A DNA stretch of 64,000 nucleotides. Origin: the human T2T-CHM13v2.0 reference genome, Homo sapiens. Position 1 is the stretch's first letter. Every line of letters starts with the position of its first letter. Made by a program: the position numbers and the translations under genes. Under the pieces are notes generated by a model. The model was not told where the DNA came from and did no database searches. It saw nothing but the letters and a program-made list of their open reading frames with translations. The DNA lies in the NCBI RefSeq assembly GCF_009914755.1, contig NC_060925.1, one strand, 5' to 3'. This document shows positions 27,229 through 41,369 of the stretch, one piece after another.

Positions 27229-27247
27229 ACAGCGCCATCTGGTGGAG
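27229..27247 (-). promoter_or_regulatory. CTCF core motif
   Basis: Minus strand reads CTCCACCAGATGGCGCTGT, matching the CCASYAGRKGGCRS consensus, in non-repeat sequence. Confidence 0.7.
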
Positions 27248-28662
27248 CGGTGGGACTTATCATGACCTAATCAAACTCTTTTAGGACTAATTCCGTCTTG
27301 CAACAATTCCAGGCAATAAATACAGGTGACAGGATATATTATTGAGGAATATGGACAGCTGAAGTTCACACATTGTTACGTCCTATGGATTATCTCCTCT
27401 CAGAACAATTGTAGAGTAACTTTACAATCCACATACTGAAAGATTCCCTCCCCATTCCTTTTTATCTCTTCCCACCCCATTTTGAACGGCTCAGCTATCA
27501 ACAAAATTTTCAATAAGAAATACATTGCCTTTAGATGTACCTTTTTCAGCAATGTAAAACTACCTTGCTTATTATTCCAATGATCTGAATTTTGAGCATC
27601 TCTTTAAATTACATACAGATCAATGTCATGAAGCATTAAATTTATTATAATATGTAATATAAATATCTCACACATCTAGTCATTAAACACTAATATTTAC
27701 TTTGTTGCCTTTCTTTCTCCACAGTTTTCCCATGTGATTCTCTTAAGAACAAAATATAATACAGTCGTGTAAATCTAAGTGATTTATTACACAAGTGATT
27801 ATCCTAGAGATACTGGGACCCACGACATGGGGCTCCACCAATGTTCCTCTGTTATATAAGGTCAGGTATGAGTTCTGGGAAGCCACAGTAAAATGGGAAT
27901 GAGCCTACCGACTTCATAGGATTGCTGTGAGGATTAAATGGAAATCGGTACGCAAAATGGCCAGCACAGTGCTAACATCTAGAAGGTGCTGCCCAGCCCC
28001 AAAGAGATCTACCAGAGAAATAATAATTCTCATTTTTAGTCAAGCTACAAAATAAGACTCCTCATTTCTGATTTGTTCTATAAAAATGCAAAAAAGAGAG
28101 AGAAGAAAAGCCTTCCAAGATTCTGATACCGCTCACCCCAGTTTTCACTTGAAAGTCAACCAATGAATGAGCACCAGGGTGAAGATGGAATTCTGCCAGC
28201 CACAGTACCTGCAAGAGTCCACAACACACTTGACTTTCATTCATGTGTACTACAATCCTGTGGGTTAAAGGGCCATAAAAGTTGTCCTGGTTTTTCTTAT
28301 ACTTCAAAGGAAGCAATTTAATGGCCATGAATGACAGCCTCCCGATTACACTGTAACTATGAAACACGACTGTTCTGGAATGATTTCCAGGCTGGCTCCC
28401 TCACCAAAGGAACTTCAAGGTAAGAATTTAAACAAAATAACCTTTCCAGGCTTTCATCCAGCTTCCTCATGCAAGAGGCTCTATCCTTGGGAGCCCAGGG
28501 AATGTATGTGCACACAAAGGGTTATGTAGGGTTGAGGCCAGACAGACGGTGGTCTGGAGAGTTGTGTTGAGGCAGGGCAACCCAGAAAATGGACAGCACT
28601 GTTCCCTGGGGAGGCCTATATGCTACAGACACCATAAGAAATAAAAGAATAAGGGATAATAA

Positions 28663-28958
28663 TTTTTTTTTTGAGACAGCGTCTCACTCTGTCACCCAGG
28701 TTGGAGAGCAGTGGTGCAATCATGACTCGCTGCAGCCTCAACCTCCTTGGACTCAGCTGATCCTCCCACCTCAGCCTCCTGAGTAGCTGGGACTACAGGC
28801 GTGCACCACCATGCCTGGCTAATTTTTTTGTATTTTTTTCTAGAGATGGAGTTTCTCCATGTTGCCCATGCTGGTCTCAAACTCCTGCGCTCAGGCCATC
28901 TGCCCATCTTGGCCTCCCAAAGTGCTGGTATTATATGCATGAGCCACTGGGACTGGCC
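28663..28958 (-). mobile_element. Alu (AluJ-like)
   Basis: ttgagacagcgtctcactctgtcacccagg...gcaatcatgactcgctgcagcctcaacctcc. Confidence 0.95.
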
Positions 28959-29169
28959 TAATTTTAACATTTTAAGGGGGAAACATTACATGAAGAATGT
29001 TGGTTACAAAGAAAAACCTCAAAAATGTGGGCTCTGCCTATCTTACTGCCATTGCTTAATTAGCCAGATAGAGCAAGCCAAAAATATTCCCATTGCCCTA
29101 TGACTCAGCAGACAAGTATAAATGTTTCTCACAGTAGCAAAGCAAACGCTTACAGCTGGAAGACCATCA

Positions 29170-29345
29170 CATATGGTGGAGCCAACGCTGTACTTGGAAC
29201 TGGATTTGATTTTCAATCCTGGTTTCTCAATTAACTAGCTCTCTGACCTTGGGCAACTTCCCTGAACATTGGTTTGCTCATCTAAAATGCGGATAGTCAC
29301 CTGTCTCTATAAAGGGCTACCCATTAAATTAGAGGATGTGAGGAT
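29170..29345 (+). mobile_element. MIR
   Basis: aactagctctctgaccttgggcaactt...tttgctcatctaaaatgcggata. Confidence 0.7.
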
Positions 29346-31344
29346 AAGCAAATCAAAACTCCCTTGGTATGTCCTATGCCTCCTCTCAGCTGGAATACAG
29401 CAGGGCCTAGGAAACAGGTCCAGTTTTCTGCAGAGAGTCATATGGGCATAGTTTAAGCATGTAAAGGGGCACGCTTACAGTGATGTTATAAAAGCAAAAC
29501 ACAAGTACCTGCTTACTGCAGAATCCTCTCACAAACAGAGAATCCTATGAAAACTGCAAAAGGGATAAAGAAAGAAAAAGTGGGGGAAGCCAGGTCCTTC
29601 AAACCTCCAGTCAGCAGTCACTCTCAATCATTACCAGACGTCGTCACTGAATTTAGGGCCCCTGTCAGAACCAGCACACATATGGAGCCGTGGTTACAGG
29701 CCAGAACACACACCTCTTGACATTTAAAGATGTTCATCTTCAATTGGCCTCCATATGAGATGTGGAGTTTGAGAACCTAATTGTTCCCAAGCTCTGTGAA
29801 TGGGTTTTATATACTCCGAAGACAGCTAGATATTGAAAGGGCAAGAGGAAGGAGAAAAGGCGGGATCTTGACATTTGGGAAGCAATTCTACTACACTGTT
29901 TTAGGATTGGTTTTAAAAATTAAAGACGGTGATTTGATGTTTCTGTTGAAAGCACAACCATGTCCTGACTGCTAAAAGAAATCTAACCTATATGTCATGG
30001 TCCCCCAAAGCCCCAAAGTGGATTTTAAAGTTGTTAAAGTAAAAATCTACTTTGTAGGAAGAGCCCGCCTTGCTATTCTACCTTAAAACTGATGAGCGAG
30101 TTGGAGGGACTGGGATGTTGGAGGGGCTGGGGTGCTGGAGGGGCGGCGGGGGGCGGGACAGGGGAGACACGGGTGGTGAGGAACAGTCCAGGGATATCCA
30201 GGCTGGACCCACGTAGGTTCCTCTTCCTACCAAAGGGGTACTGGGACGTGCTCCCTGTTTCCCAGATGGAACTCCTGGGTGATAATGTGAGAAGCCCTTA
30301 CTGCACATCTGTCTTTCCCCACATACTTACAAAGTTAGGGGGAAAGCTGGAAAGTGATATGCAGCCCCTGTATAATTCTGACTTATTCTCAGATTTTTTA
30401 AAAAACTAAAAAATAAATGGAAATCAGCTGCAGCCTTCCTGATGTGTGAATAGAGACAATTTAAAAGACATCAAGTGCCAAATACTGACCTGTCTCGCCT
30501 AACAAAACTGCCCTGTCTTTCAGCCCACTGAGAACAGAGGGACACACACCACAGGGAGGTGAGCTGTCTCGGAAGGAGCCCTCCACGTAGACCCCACAGC
30601 TATATTAACTGTGCTTAACGTAATCATGAACACATAATCGCGGGGCTATTGAAGACTCCATAACAAACAAGATCAAGGAGGCTGGAGCCTCTAAAACATG
30701 AAAAACAATTAGCATTATGAAATCTAAGAGCAGACACAGCCAGAGCTCGAGAAAAGGCATGGGCAGGAGCTGGACTGCTCAATCCTGCTCACTCCTCCCT
30801 TCCTTCCTGTTACACGGTTCTGTTCTGAGGTGCTGCTGAGAGGGGCTTCCTCTCCTGGGCCAGAACTGAGGCTAAGGCCCGAAGCTGAGGACAGAAAGTG
30901 ATCAACTCCCCACATTCTAAAGAGGCTGCTGGAGAAGCGGCCACCACTGGGGCCTGACATCCTTCTCTAGGGATTATCAGGCAGCACTCTGCTACCCATC
31001 CCACAGGACCGTAACTTATCCTTCCCAATCCGTAGAAAGCAAGACTCTGAAGCATGTGCGTTTGTCTTTGGCCTTGTGGGAGGTTTCTATTCAAGAGGAA
31101 AACTGATGCCATGAAGGATGGGATGAGGTGCTTTCTCTTCCCAGAAGGGAAAGATTTGGGTGCCTCGTGAAAGGGAGTCTGGAGTCAGCTCCCTGGTCAA
31201 TGATCTACTTGCAGAGACAACTCTCTGATCTCACCTTAATAAATGAGATTCATTCACCTGGCACTTTGGGTTTCATGTAGGGGGAGAGATGGAAGAGTTA
31301 GGGGAATAAAAGGAGATGAAAGGACTGAAGAAAAGGCAGAAGGA

Positions 31345-31640
31345 GGCCGGGCATTGTGGCTCACATCTGTAATCGCAGTATTTCGGGAGGTCTATGTGGG
31401 TGGATCACTTGGGTCCAGGAGTTTGAGACCAGCCTGGGCAACACGGCGAAACCCCATTCTACCAAAAATAGAAAAAAAAAAAATTTGCCAGGCATGGTGC
31501 CATATGCCTGTAGTCCCAACTACTCAGGAGGCTGAGGTGGGAGGATCACATGAGCCTGGGAGGTTGAGGCTGCAGTAAGCCGTGATCACACCACTGCACT
31601 CCAGCCTGGGAAACAGAGCCAGACCCTGACCAAAAAAAAA
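31345..31640 (+). mobile_element. Alu (AluJ-like)
   Basis: ggaggatcacatgagcctgggaggttgaggctgcagt; TSD-like aaaaggcagaagga / aaaaggcagtaggg. Confidence 0.95.
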
Positions 31641-32729
31641 AAGGCAGTAGGGCATGACAAAAAATATACTGTGGGGCAATTTGTACTCAGACGTGGGAAA
31701 CAGGATTAAATGCATTAGAAAAGAACTAAACTGAAATATTTAAAAATGACAGTAATCAGTTAACAATCCATTCCCCATGGATAAGAAGGCTGTGATTTTT
31801 ACACCAAAGGAAAAGTGTTTAAGTCATAGTCCCTACCATAGGGGCTTCAACAAAGTGATGCCAAAGAAAGACTACTGTCCTACGAAGACAGCCATCTGGA
31901 GGAGGTCCTAATGGTATCACAAGCGATGTGACAAAAATGAAGTCCCTTCATTTCTCTCAGCCTTTCCTTACCTGTAAACAGGGCAAGAATGGAAGGCTGA
32001 AATAGCCAGAGGTTCCAAACCTCAATGGTAATGAAGAAACACAACCTGTGCATTGTATTCTGAAAGGCCTCGGAGAAACTGTGTCCTTATCCACAGACGC
32101 ACAGAGCGGTGTTGGAGAAACATCAGTTACCACTTGCCTAGGATGTCTAAGGGCTCTTGACACATCCTGTAATGCGACGTAAATAAGAAATAAAGGTGGG
32201 CCTCACTGAAAGCAGAACTCCTCTCAGCCGAGGACTGGCTTAGCCTGAGTTTCTGGGAGGTGATCTGCCCTCTGGGCTTCCCCTCCCTCGGCCCATTAAC
32301 ATTTCTGTACTTAGAAGTCGGCTGGGATCCTGGAGGGCATAAGGGCTGTAAGAATGCCATGACTATTTTTAAAATTTTGAAAAATAAATACTAGAGGCTC
32401 TGGCAGCAACAGCGCTTGGGGAGTAGCCGTACCTCTGAAGTTTTCCTTTCCTTTCTCGAGCAACGCAGGGAGGGAGCTGTTTAATGAGGAGTCTCAACAC
32501 CGGGGAACAAAGCAGTAGTGTTTGCACACAAAGCTTGGTGCTGGCAATTTTCTCGGTTTCGTTTTTTCATGCTGCCAAAGTCATTTGTTTTGAAAATAAG
32601 AGCCTCTCCTTTGCCCTCAGCATCCCTATTAAGACACTAAACCACAGGATTAATTCTGTTTAGGCCTGCAGAGTGAGGTAAATCCTCTGAGACACCTCAG
32701 CACCTTCCCCAGGTGAGACAGGAGAGTCC

Positions 32730-32920
32730 GGGGATGAAGAATTCGGCTCTGGAGTCACAGACTCAAGTTCAAGTGCCAGCCGTACCGCTTGCTAGCAGCG
32801 TGGCCTTGGGCAAGTCACTTGGCTTCGGTTTCCTCCTCTTAGCTGCAAAATATGAAAAACGGGCCTGCTATGAAACGACTGGCCCATAGTCAACACTCAG
32901 TAAATGATAACTATATAAAA
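32730..32920 (+). mobile_element. MIR
   Basis: ggctctggagtcacagac...ctagcagcgtggccttgggcaagtcactt...cggtttcctc. Confidence 0.75.
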
Positions 32921-33622
32921 TAATGGTGGTAAAACCAGCAAAAATCGACAGGTGTGTATCGTTGGGCCATAATGTGAAACCACGCTCAAAGTACTTTAAT
33001 ATAGCATCCTTCAAGGCGCTCACAATGCTGCAGACTGTAGGAGCGAAGTCAGCAATACAGGTTGGAATTCATGTATTGGGGGCTATACTAACATATACAA
33101 AGTATACGTGATTTGTCTAGGTTGTTTTTGATGCAAAATAGCCTGAAGCTAGAGGACACCACCTACTCTTATCTACAGTGTCCCTTCTGTTTCTAGGAAG
33201 AGTCTACAATCCTAACTTTAATGCATTTTTGTCTAAACTAAGAGTCTTCACATTTTTTGAAGTCACAGAAATATTTGTGAATATATATTTTTAACTGGGA
33301 CTTGATTACTTTGTAACATGTATGTGTGTATACACATACACACACGTACATAAAAGGGTAACAACGCAAAAGGCAATACTGGTTTGTGTATATATCATAT
33401 AGTGGAAAGAATATTAGATTCCAAGTTAGATCATCTACTTCCAACACTGCAGATGGCCAGAGCCGTAAGGCAAGTCTCTCCAATCAGGTCTTAGTATTCT
33501 CCTTATTTAAAAAAGGAGAAAGACATTAAAATACCTTCAAAATTATTGTTGTGACCCCAGGCAGAGTAACTAGAATGAAGTAGAAGAAGCTATTGGAATA
33601 TGACGTTGTCTCATGTAAGATC

Positions 33623-33927
33623 TTTTTTTTTTTTTTTTTTTTTTTGAGATGGAGTCTTGCTCTGTTGCCCAGGCTGAAGTGCAGTGGCGTGATCTCGGCT
33701 CACTGCAACCTCCGCTTCGTGTCGTGAGATCAAGCAATTCTCCTGCCTCAGCCTTCTGAGTAGCTAGGATCACAGGTGAGTGCTACCATGCCCAGCTAAT
33801 TTTTGTATTTTTAGTAGAGACGGGGTTTCACCATGTTGGCCAGGCTGGTCTTGAACTGACCTCATGATCTGCCCGCCTCGGCCTCCCAAAGTGCTGGGAT
33901 TACAGGCGTGAACCACTGTGCCCGGCC
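33623..33927 (-). mobile_element. Alu (AluS-like)
   Basis: Long T tail and full dimer; aagatc on both flanks. Confidence 0.97.
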
Positions 33928-33994
33928 AAGATCATGTTTATATAAAGTTTGTTATAAAGTTCTCTTGGTATTATCCCCAATAACAAAAACTTTA

Positions 33995-34339
<345 letters not shown>

Positions 34340-35602
34340 CCCCAATATTTTAAAACATAACAGTAGAAATTGTGTTTGTGAATGTCATAAGAAGTTTCTT
34401 TACTTCTTCTAGTTCTCTGTTGAGAAACAATACAGAATCGTATGCTCTGTCTATTGGGGCAACAATTCAATCACAGCAGGATAAAAATTGACTTTTAAAA
34501 AGTGACCCCCTGCTCTTGTTTTCTCCTCTCCTTCATCAGTTCACTACCAGACCTCACACCAGAGATGAAGCTTCTCCATGCAGAGAAAGACCTAAAACTC
34601 TAGCGTGATGTACTCATGGATAAGAATTGATCAACATGTATCCAGAGCCCAATGATGCCAGGAAGAAAGCCTAAACATAATTTAATAAACTCCCTCTCTG
34701 TTTTCTTCATTTCCTACTACTTTGGTTTACTTAAAAATGAGTGTTTGCAGGAGAAATCTGAGTGCATTTTTGGCAAGCAGCTGAGTTATCTTTGCTTATT
34801 CATTAAACGAACAGTGTGACGGAGAAAGTCCAAATAGGAAAGACAAGGAAAAATGGGGAAAAGTTGACTTCTCATCCCAAAATATTTCTTGGATTAAAAG
34901 GCAAACTCATCCAATCTTAAGGTTTAGAGGGCTAAAATAATTGTTCCATATGTAGCTGTTAGAAGGCATTAGATATTAACTATGGCATGGTGTCTATGGA
35001 TATCTGCGTCATCTATTTAGATAGTATGTGCTGAATATCAAAAACATTAAGCTAAAGAAGGTTAAGGAAAGATGGTGTTTCCCCAAGGAAAGGTGTGCTT
35101 ATCCTAGTTTGACAGTCTCCTAGGAAAACTTGGATACTTTCTTACATAGGAAGGACATATAACATGCTTCCAGAGTCACAGGGTTTGAAGACGGCTGAAG
35201 ACGTCATCTTGTCCCCATATGCGGCCCAGGAAGAGCGAAGTCTAGCACCACATTGGGACTAGAAATCTACATTTTAAATCGTATTACAAATTTAGAGATC
35301 TAATGGTGTATTAGCAAGATAAGTTTCAAATACATCAACAAAATGATAGGCAGAAGGAACCTCAAAACTTTTGTGATCTGAATTCCCCATTTCATAGATG
35401 GGGAAATCAAGGCCCTAAGAGCTGAAGAAATTGCCAAAGGTTGAAAAACACTCCTCAAACACCACCTTCCTCCTCTCTGGGACTTCATATTATTTCATTT
35501 TCTTTTACTATTCTGCCTGAGCTTTGACTTTCTGGAATTTTAAATACCAATATAGGAATCATCAGCTGGTGTCAATCCTCAATAAGATGACTTAAAGTTT
35601 AC

Positions 35603-35675
35603 TCATAATGGTTTAGCATGGTCAGAAAGTGAACATTATTCATAACGGTTTTTCATGGTCAGAAAGTGAACACTA
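35603..35675. repeat. 37-bp tandem duplication (2 copies)
   Basis: tcataa(t/c)ggttt..catggtcagaaagtgaaca at 35603 and 35640. Confidence 0.92.
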
Positions 35676-36120
35676 CAGGTTTGGCCTATGTGCCTGTAAA
35701 ATTTAGAAAAAGGACATAAAAAGGAGGAGAATTTAAAAATCACCTAGACCACTGTCGATGCTGTGAGTGGGAATTCCTACTTACAAAGGCCCCAGTGCAA
35801 GCTCCCTCTTAGTTAGCTGCCTTCTGACCCAGCTATCTCAACAGAGTTCATTAACTCTGTTAAAACCACTAACTTATGCCATGGTAATTCACATAGGAGA
35901 ATGGCATAACTAATTAATATGGGTGGAGGGGCACTGGCTCTAGCATTAAAGTGGATTGATAACTCACTGAAATCTGCATGATCACACACAAACTCCTTAT
36001 CTTGCTAAGTTTACGCTTGCTCCACTACACAAACTGAACACCAGCTCTTAGTACCCTCAATAGCTACCCTTTCCTCACTGCAGAAGAACTAAGTTTTTCA
36101 TCAGACACCCAAATGAAACT

Positions 36121-36279
36121 GATACTGGCCGTCAGTATCATTATCCACTGATACCAGCTACCAATTGCTTGCTGGTACTGGCTGTCAATATCATTGTCCA
36201 CTGATACCAGCTACCAATTGCTTGCTGGTACTGGCTGTCAATATCATTATCCACTGATACTGGCTACCAACTGCTTGCT
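36121..36279. repeat. 53-bp tandem repeat, 3 copies, with internal inverted repeats
   Basis: Units start at 36121, 36174 and 36227. Confidence 0.96.
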
Positions 36280-37380
36280 CGATGACTGAACATAAGCCAA
36301 CGACACTAGCCCCAAGTACTTTCCTACCTTTTCATCCACCATTAGCATAAGGAAGAGAAATTCCTTTGTTGTCTTCTTGAGGGAAAAACTACACAAAATA
36401 GAAAGCCTTAGGCTCCATTACATAAAGCGTTGAAAACCACACACCATGACAATAAAGACCCAAGCATGTTTTCAATAAATTATTTTCCTCTTATTTCACA
36501 CTGTGAAAACCCACATTTGATAGACTATTTTATAGCAAATGTACCGGTTATCAATAAATAAGTAGAGTTTCCACGTGAGGAGAGAGGAGAAATCTACTCC
36601 CAGCATTTGCCCCCTTCATGGGTGCAACAGAACTTGCAGCAATTCTCTGGTTTAAACAACAGGTGGCAGTGTCATTTCTACATTTTCCCTGGCAAGAAAC
36701 CTTTGCAGTTTGTGATTTCACCTTCCAGGAGGCATTAACAGTTTTGTAACCGCCTCTATCGACAGCGTGTGCATATGTTCCTATGTAGTAAATGCAAATG
36801 CATGCAGGAAAACATTGAGATTTGTGTAAATGCAGTTTCACCAAGTGCTACTCTCCCCATACCCACGCCCCTCCCCACACAATAGTCTATGCACAGGCAT
36901 CATTTCCCTTGAGGAAACAGCAAAGCAGGGAAAAGGCAGAAGGAAAATCGACTCCATCACATATGTTCTGATCCTCAATTATCATATACATGTCTGTCAC
37001 CCACCCATTCCTGCCACACATACAAGAGAAAGGATACACTACAAGGTCCTGGGGCACACTTTGGGCAAATGACTGAGAAAGCGAAGTTCTGAGAAATCTT
37101 AATTCACATCAAGAAAAGCACTCTACTGTACTGACATTTCTGGTAGGCGCTGTTTTCACTCTTCTGCTACAAAAGAGCATGCTCCATATTTGAAAGGAAT
37201 CAACAGAAACAGGTCTTACATTCCCACAAGGAAAACACAGAAGTCAGGACCATTCTCACATGTGCCGAGAAGACAAGACCACGTTTCCTAGGGTTTTTGT
37301 GTGAGCTTTAAATAGGAGAAAAGTGCCATGTCAAGAATTCCTCATTCAATATCTATAGCTCAGTTTTTTGTTCACATGCA

Positions 37381-37686
37381 TTATTTTATTTTATTATTAT
37401 TTTTGAGATGGAGTCTCACTCTTTCACACCAGCTAGAGTAAAGTACTGCGATCTTGGCTCACTGCAACCTCCACCTCCTGGGTTCAAGAGATTCTAGTGC
37501 CCCAGCCTCCCGAGTAGCTGGGATTACAGGCACATGCCACCATGTCCAGCTAATTTTTGTATTTTTAGTAGGGATGGGGCTTCACCATGTTGTCCAGGCT
37601 GGTCTCGAACTCCCAACCTCAAGTGATCCACCTGCCTTGGCCTCCCAAAGTGCTGGGGCTACAGGCATGAGCCACTGCACCTGGCC
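37381..37686 (-). mobile_element. Alu (AluS-like)
   Basis: Full dimer with a (TTTTA)-type tail. Confidence 0.96.
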
Positions 37687-38249
37687 ACATAATTTTATAA
37701 TGTAGCAGCAGGTACTCTGTGGTTTCTAGCCTATAATGTAACAGTTATTGGTTTGATATGTTACATTTATTTAATTTTGAATCTGTGGTGTTTTTTTAAA
37801 GCAATTTAACAATGAAAATCTCGTCAATGCAGCAGGGATGAGATCAAACTGACTGATGGGTAAATCACCAGCCTAAAGGGACACGCCAGGTATTAGACAG
37901 TCTGGCATGTGTAGCTGGAGAAGTACTCAAAAATGTATAAAAGTCAATGAGCACATATACGGAGAATTACACAGAAAATAATAAGCAGCACTAGAAAGAG
38001 ATGATGTGTGTTTTTTGTACTGTCCCTGTCACATAGCATCAAACATCCACATTCCTGCTTTCTGAGATGAGAGGGTTGGACAAGTACCCTCAAGAAGCTT
38101 TCTGGTATACGGTACACAGTATCTTATTGTTTTATAAATAGAAAAAAGAGAATACAGAGGAAAAAATTAAAATACATCACCTAGAGTTCAGAGGCATTGG
38201 AGGAATTTGGCTTTCATCAGCAATTTTGCATTAAAAGCAAGTATCTGTC

Positions 38250-38560
<311 letters not shown>

Positions 38561-38932
38561 CTAAGCAACACATTGTCAAGTGCGGCCTATATGATTTCCT
38601 GGTGGTCAGATAATGTTGCATTCATGCTTTCTGTAGGAAGTGGGGTTTCATGAAACAGCATGAACTATGAACTTTGAACGAAGAGTCACGGGCTTATCCC
38701 TGACTCTAGGACTTAGTAGCGTGGTTAATCACAGCCGCATTATTAATGTCTCCAGTTCTCCAAAATACGGTAAATGACACCATAACAGATCTTTTGTAAA
38801 GCTATGGTGGATATTTTTAAAGGATTATTTATTCATAGTAGGTGTCTGATAAGAGCTACTTTTAGACTTTTGGACTTGTAGATAACTTCTTTTAATTTCC
38901 TATTAAAATACCCAGGAAGGTACAGAATCCAG

Positions 38933-39504
38933 TGTTGGGGCTCATAAACCAATACCCTAAAATACAGCGCTTTGACATCCTGAACTGAAGAAGCCTCCAG
39001 GTCTCTCTGGCCTTCCACTTTACCCACTGTCTCTCAATCTTCTCTCTCTCCCAAGCAGACGATGAACTTGTTCATTGGAGTTCCCTTATCTGTCCAAACT
39101 CCCAGACCTGCCAAAGAAGAAAACAATCACCTCTGGCTCTTTCCCTGCGTCTTCAGTAACTGAACTCCTATCCCAGGAACAAAGACTGAAATCTGTCAAC
39201 ACACCTGAACAGACTCCTATCTGCTTTGCGGGCCCAACAGATGGTCCCAGGCCATGGTATGTTCTTCAAGCCCACTGAATTCCCTAAAAATCAGTTCCTA
39301 CCCCGTTAAAATCATCCACACTTCCCCATCTCCCTTTCCCCTAAGAAGAAGGGTGTATACATCTGTCCCCCAGGGCGTGGTAGGTCATCACTGTGACTCT
39401 CCCTCATGCACATTAACAAACGTGTATGCTTTTTTATGCCTTTAGCAGCTGATTTTCAGCAAAACTTCAGAGGAAAAAGGGGACATTTTCCCTTGGCCAC
39501 TCCA
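38933..39504 (+). mobile_element. ERV1 solo LTR (MER39/MER34 family)
   Basis: TGttggggctca...accctaaaata...ttgacat...gaagcctc start; ttcagcaaaacttcagagg...ttcccttggcc..CA end; 4-bp flanks ccag / ctag. Confidence 0.8.
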
Positions 39505-39624
39505 CTAGCCACAGTCCTATAAGCTAAAGATAACAGAAGTTCCCCTATCCAACAATCTCAGGAAAATTTCCTTTAAGTTCAGCATTAATCACTGAATGTT
39601 CTACCATCTAACAACTGTATGGCA

Positions 39625-40170
39625 TTTTAAAAAATGTTTAACTGAGGTTAAATATATATAATGTAAAATTTAACATTTTAAGTATTCACTTCAGGGGCTA
39701 CAAAGTACATTTATATTGTTGCACAACCATCACGACCATCCATCTCCAGAACTTTCTTCATCTTCTAAACCTGAAACTCTGTGCCCATTAACAATAACGC
39801 TCCATTCCCGACCCTCTCCCCTCAGATCCTGGTACCCGCCATTCCGTCTCTATGAATTTCAAACATGAGGTGCCTCACAGAGGTGAAATCATGCAATATT
39901 TGCCCTTTTGTAACTACCTTATTTCACTTAGCATGTCTTCAAGGTTCACCCATGTTATAGCATGTGTCAAAGTTTCCTTTCTAAGGCTGAATTCCATTTT
40001 ATATGTGGCACACATTTTGTAGATCCATACATCTGTTGATAGACACGTGGGTTGCTCTCACCAAATGTGTACAAATATCTGTTCGAGTACCTGCTGGATT
40101 CCAATTTTGGGGGGTGTATACCTAGAAAGAGAACTGCTGGATCATATAATAATTTTATTTCTAATGTTCT
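39625..40170 (-). mobile_element. L1MB-type 3' fragment
   Basis: aaccatcacgaccatccatctccagaactt...tttcacttagcatgtcttcaaggttcacccatgttatagcatgtg. Confidence 0.88.
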
Positions 40171-40326
40171 AAGGAAGTAGAGAGCATTTTGAAATGTGAG
40201 ATCGAGGCCTAAGCAGTCATTCTTGCTAACTGGAATGCTGGAGTGCTGAGCTGGTCATGGCTAGGCTGATCCCGTCAGTGGCGGACAGAAAAGCATTGAC
40301 ATGAGGTCTATAAAAAAATAAGTATC

Positions 40327-40460
40327 AGCCAGGCACTCTGGCTCACGCCTGTAGTCCCAGCTACTTGGGAGGCGGAGGTGGGAGGATTGCTTGAGCCCAG
40401 GAGTTCAAGGCCAGCCTGGGCCACACAGTGAAACCCCATCACTTAAAAAAAAAAAAAAAA
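40327..40460 (+). mobile_element. FLAM-type Alu monomer
   Basis: Single monomer followed by an A tail. Confidence 0.9.
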
Positions 40461-40494
40461 TAGAATAGTAAAAGGGAAAGGAAACATCATGCTA

Positions 40495-40969
<475 letters not shown>

Positions 40970-41369
40970 CTAAGGTCAAAGAAAAAGAAAACAAGGAAGC
41001 TGGAATTATGTTACCGAGAATAAAATAGACATTGGAAAGAAATAATGGAAAAACAGTTCAGCCAATGTGTGGCCATTCAGAAGCATCCTGCCTTGTCGGT
41101 CTAATGCTAAGAATGATGGGAGAAGGGGCTTCCAATCTTTTTCTATGATTTTTTTTTTGTACCTAGTTAAAAACCCACTGCATTTACAGTTATCAATGAA
41201 ACTGTTCTGCTTAATACCATAATACAAGTGTCTTTCCAAAGTTTTTTGTTCCCTGAGGACAGAATAACAAATGTCAGAACATGAACATTTTTAGGGCTTC
41301 TGATACATACTGTTGCCAAAAGTATCAGCAAGGTATGAGGCCATCAGCACTGCCACCATTAATTTTTAT

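Noticed and set aside
30724-31112. Ser/Gly-rich minus-strand ORFs in a GC-richer patch
   Set aside because: No convincing flanking splice sites and no recognisable domain.
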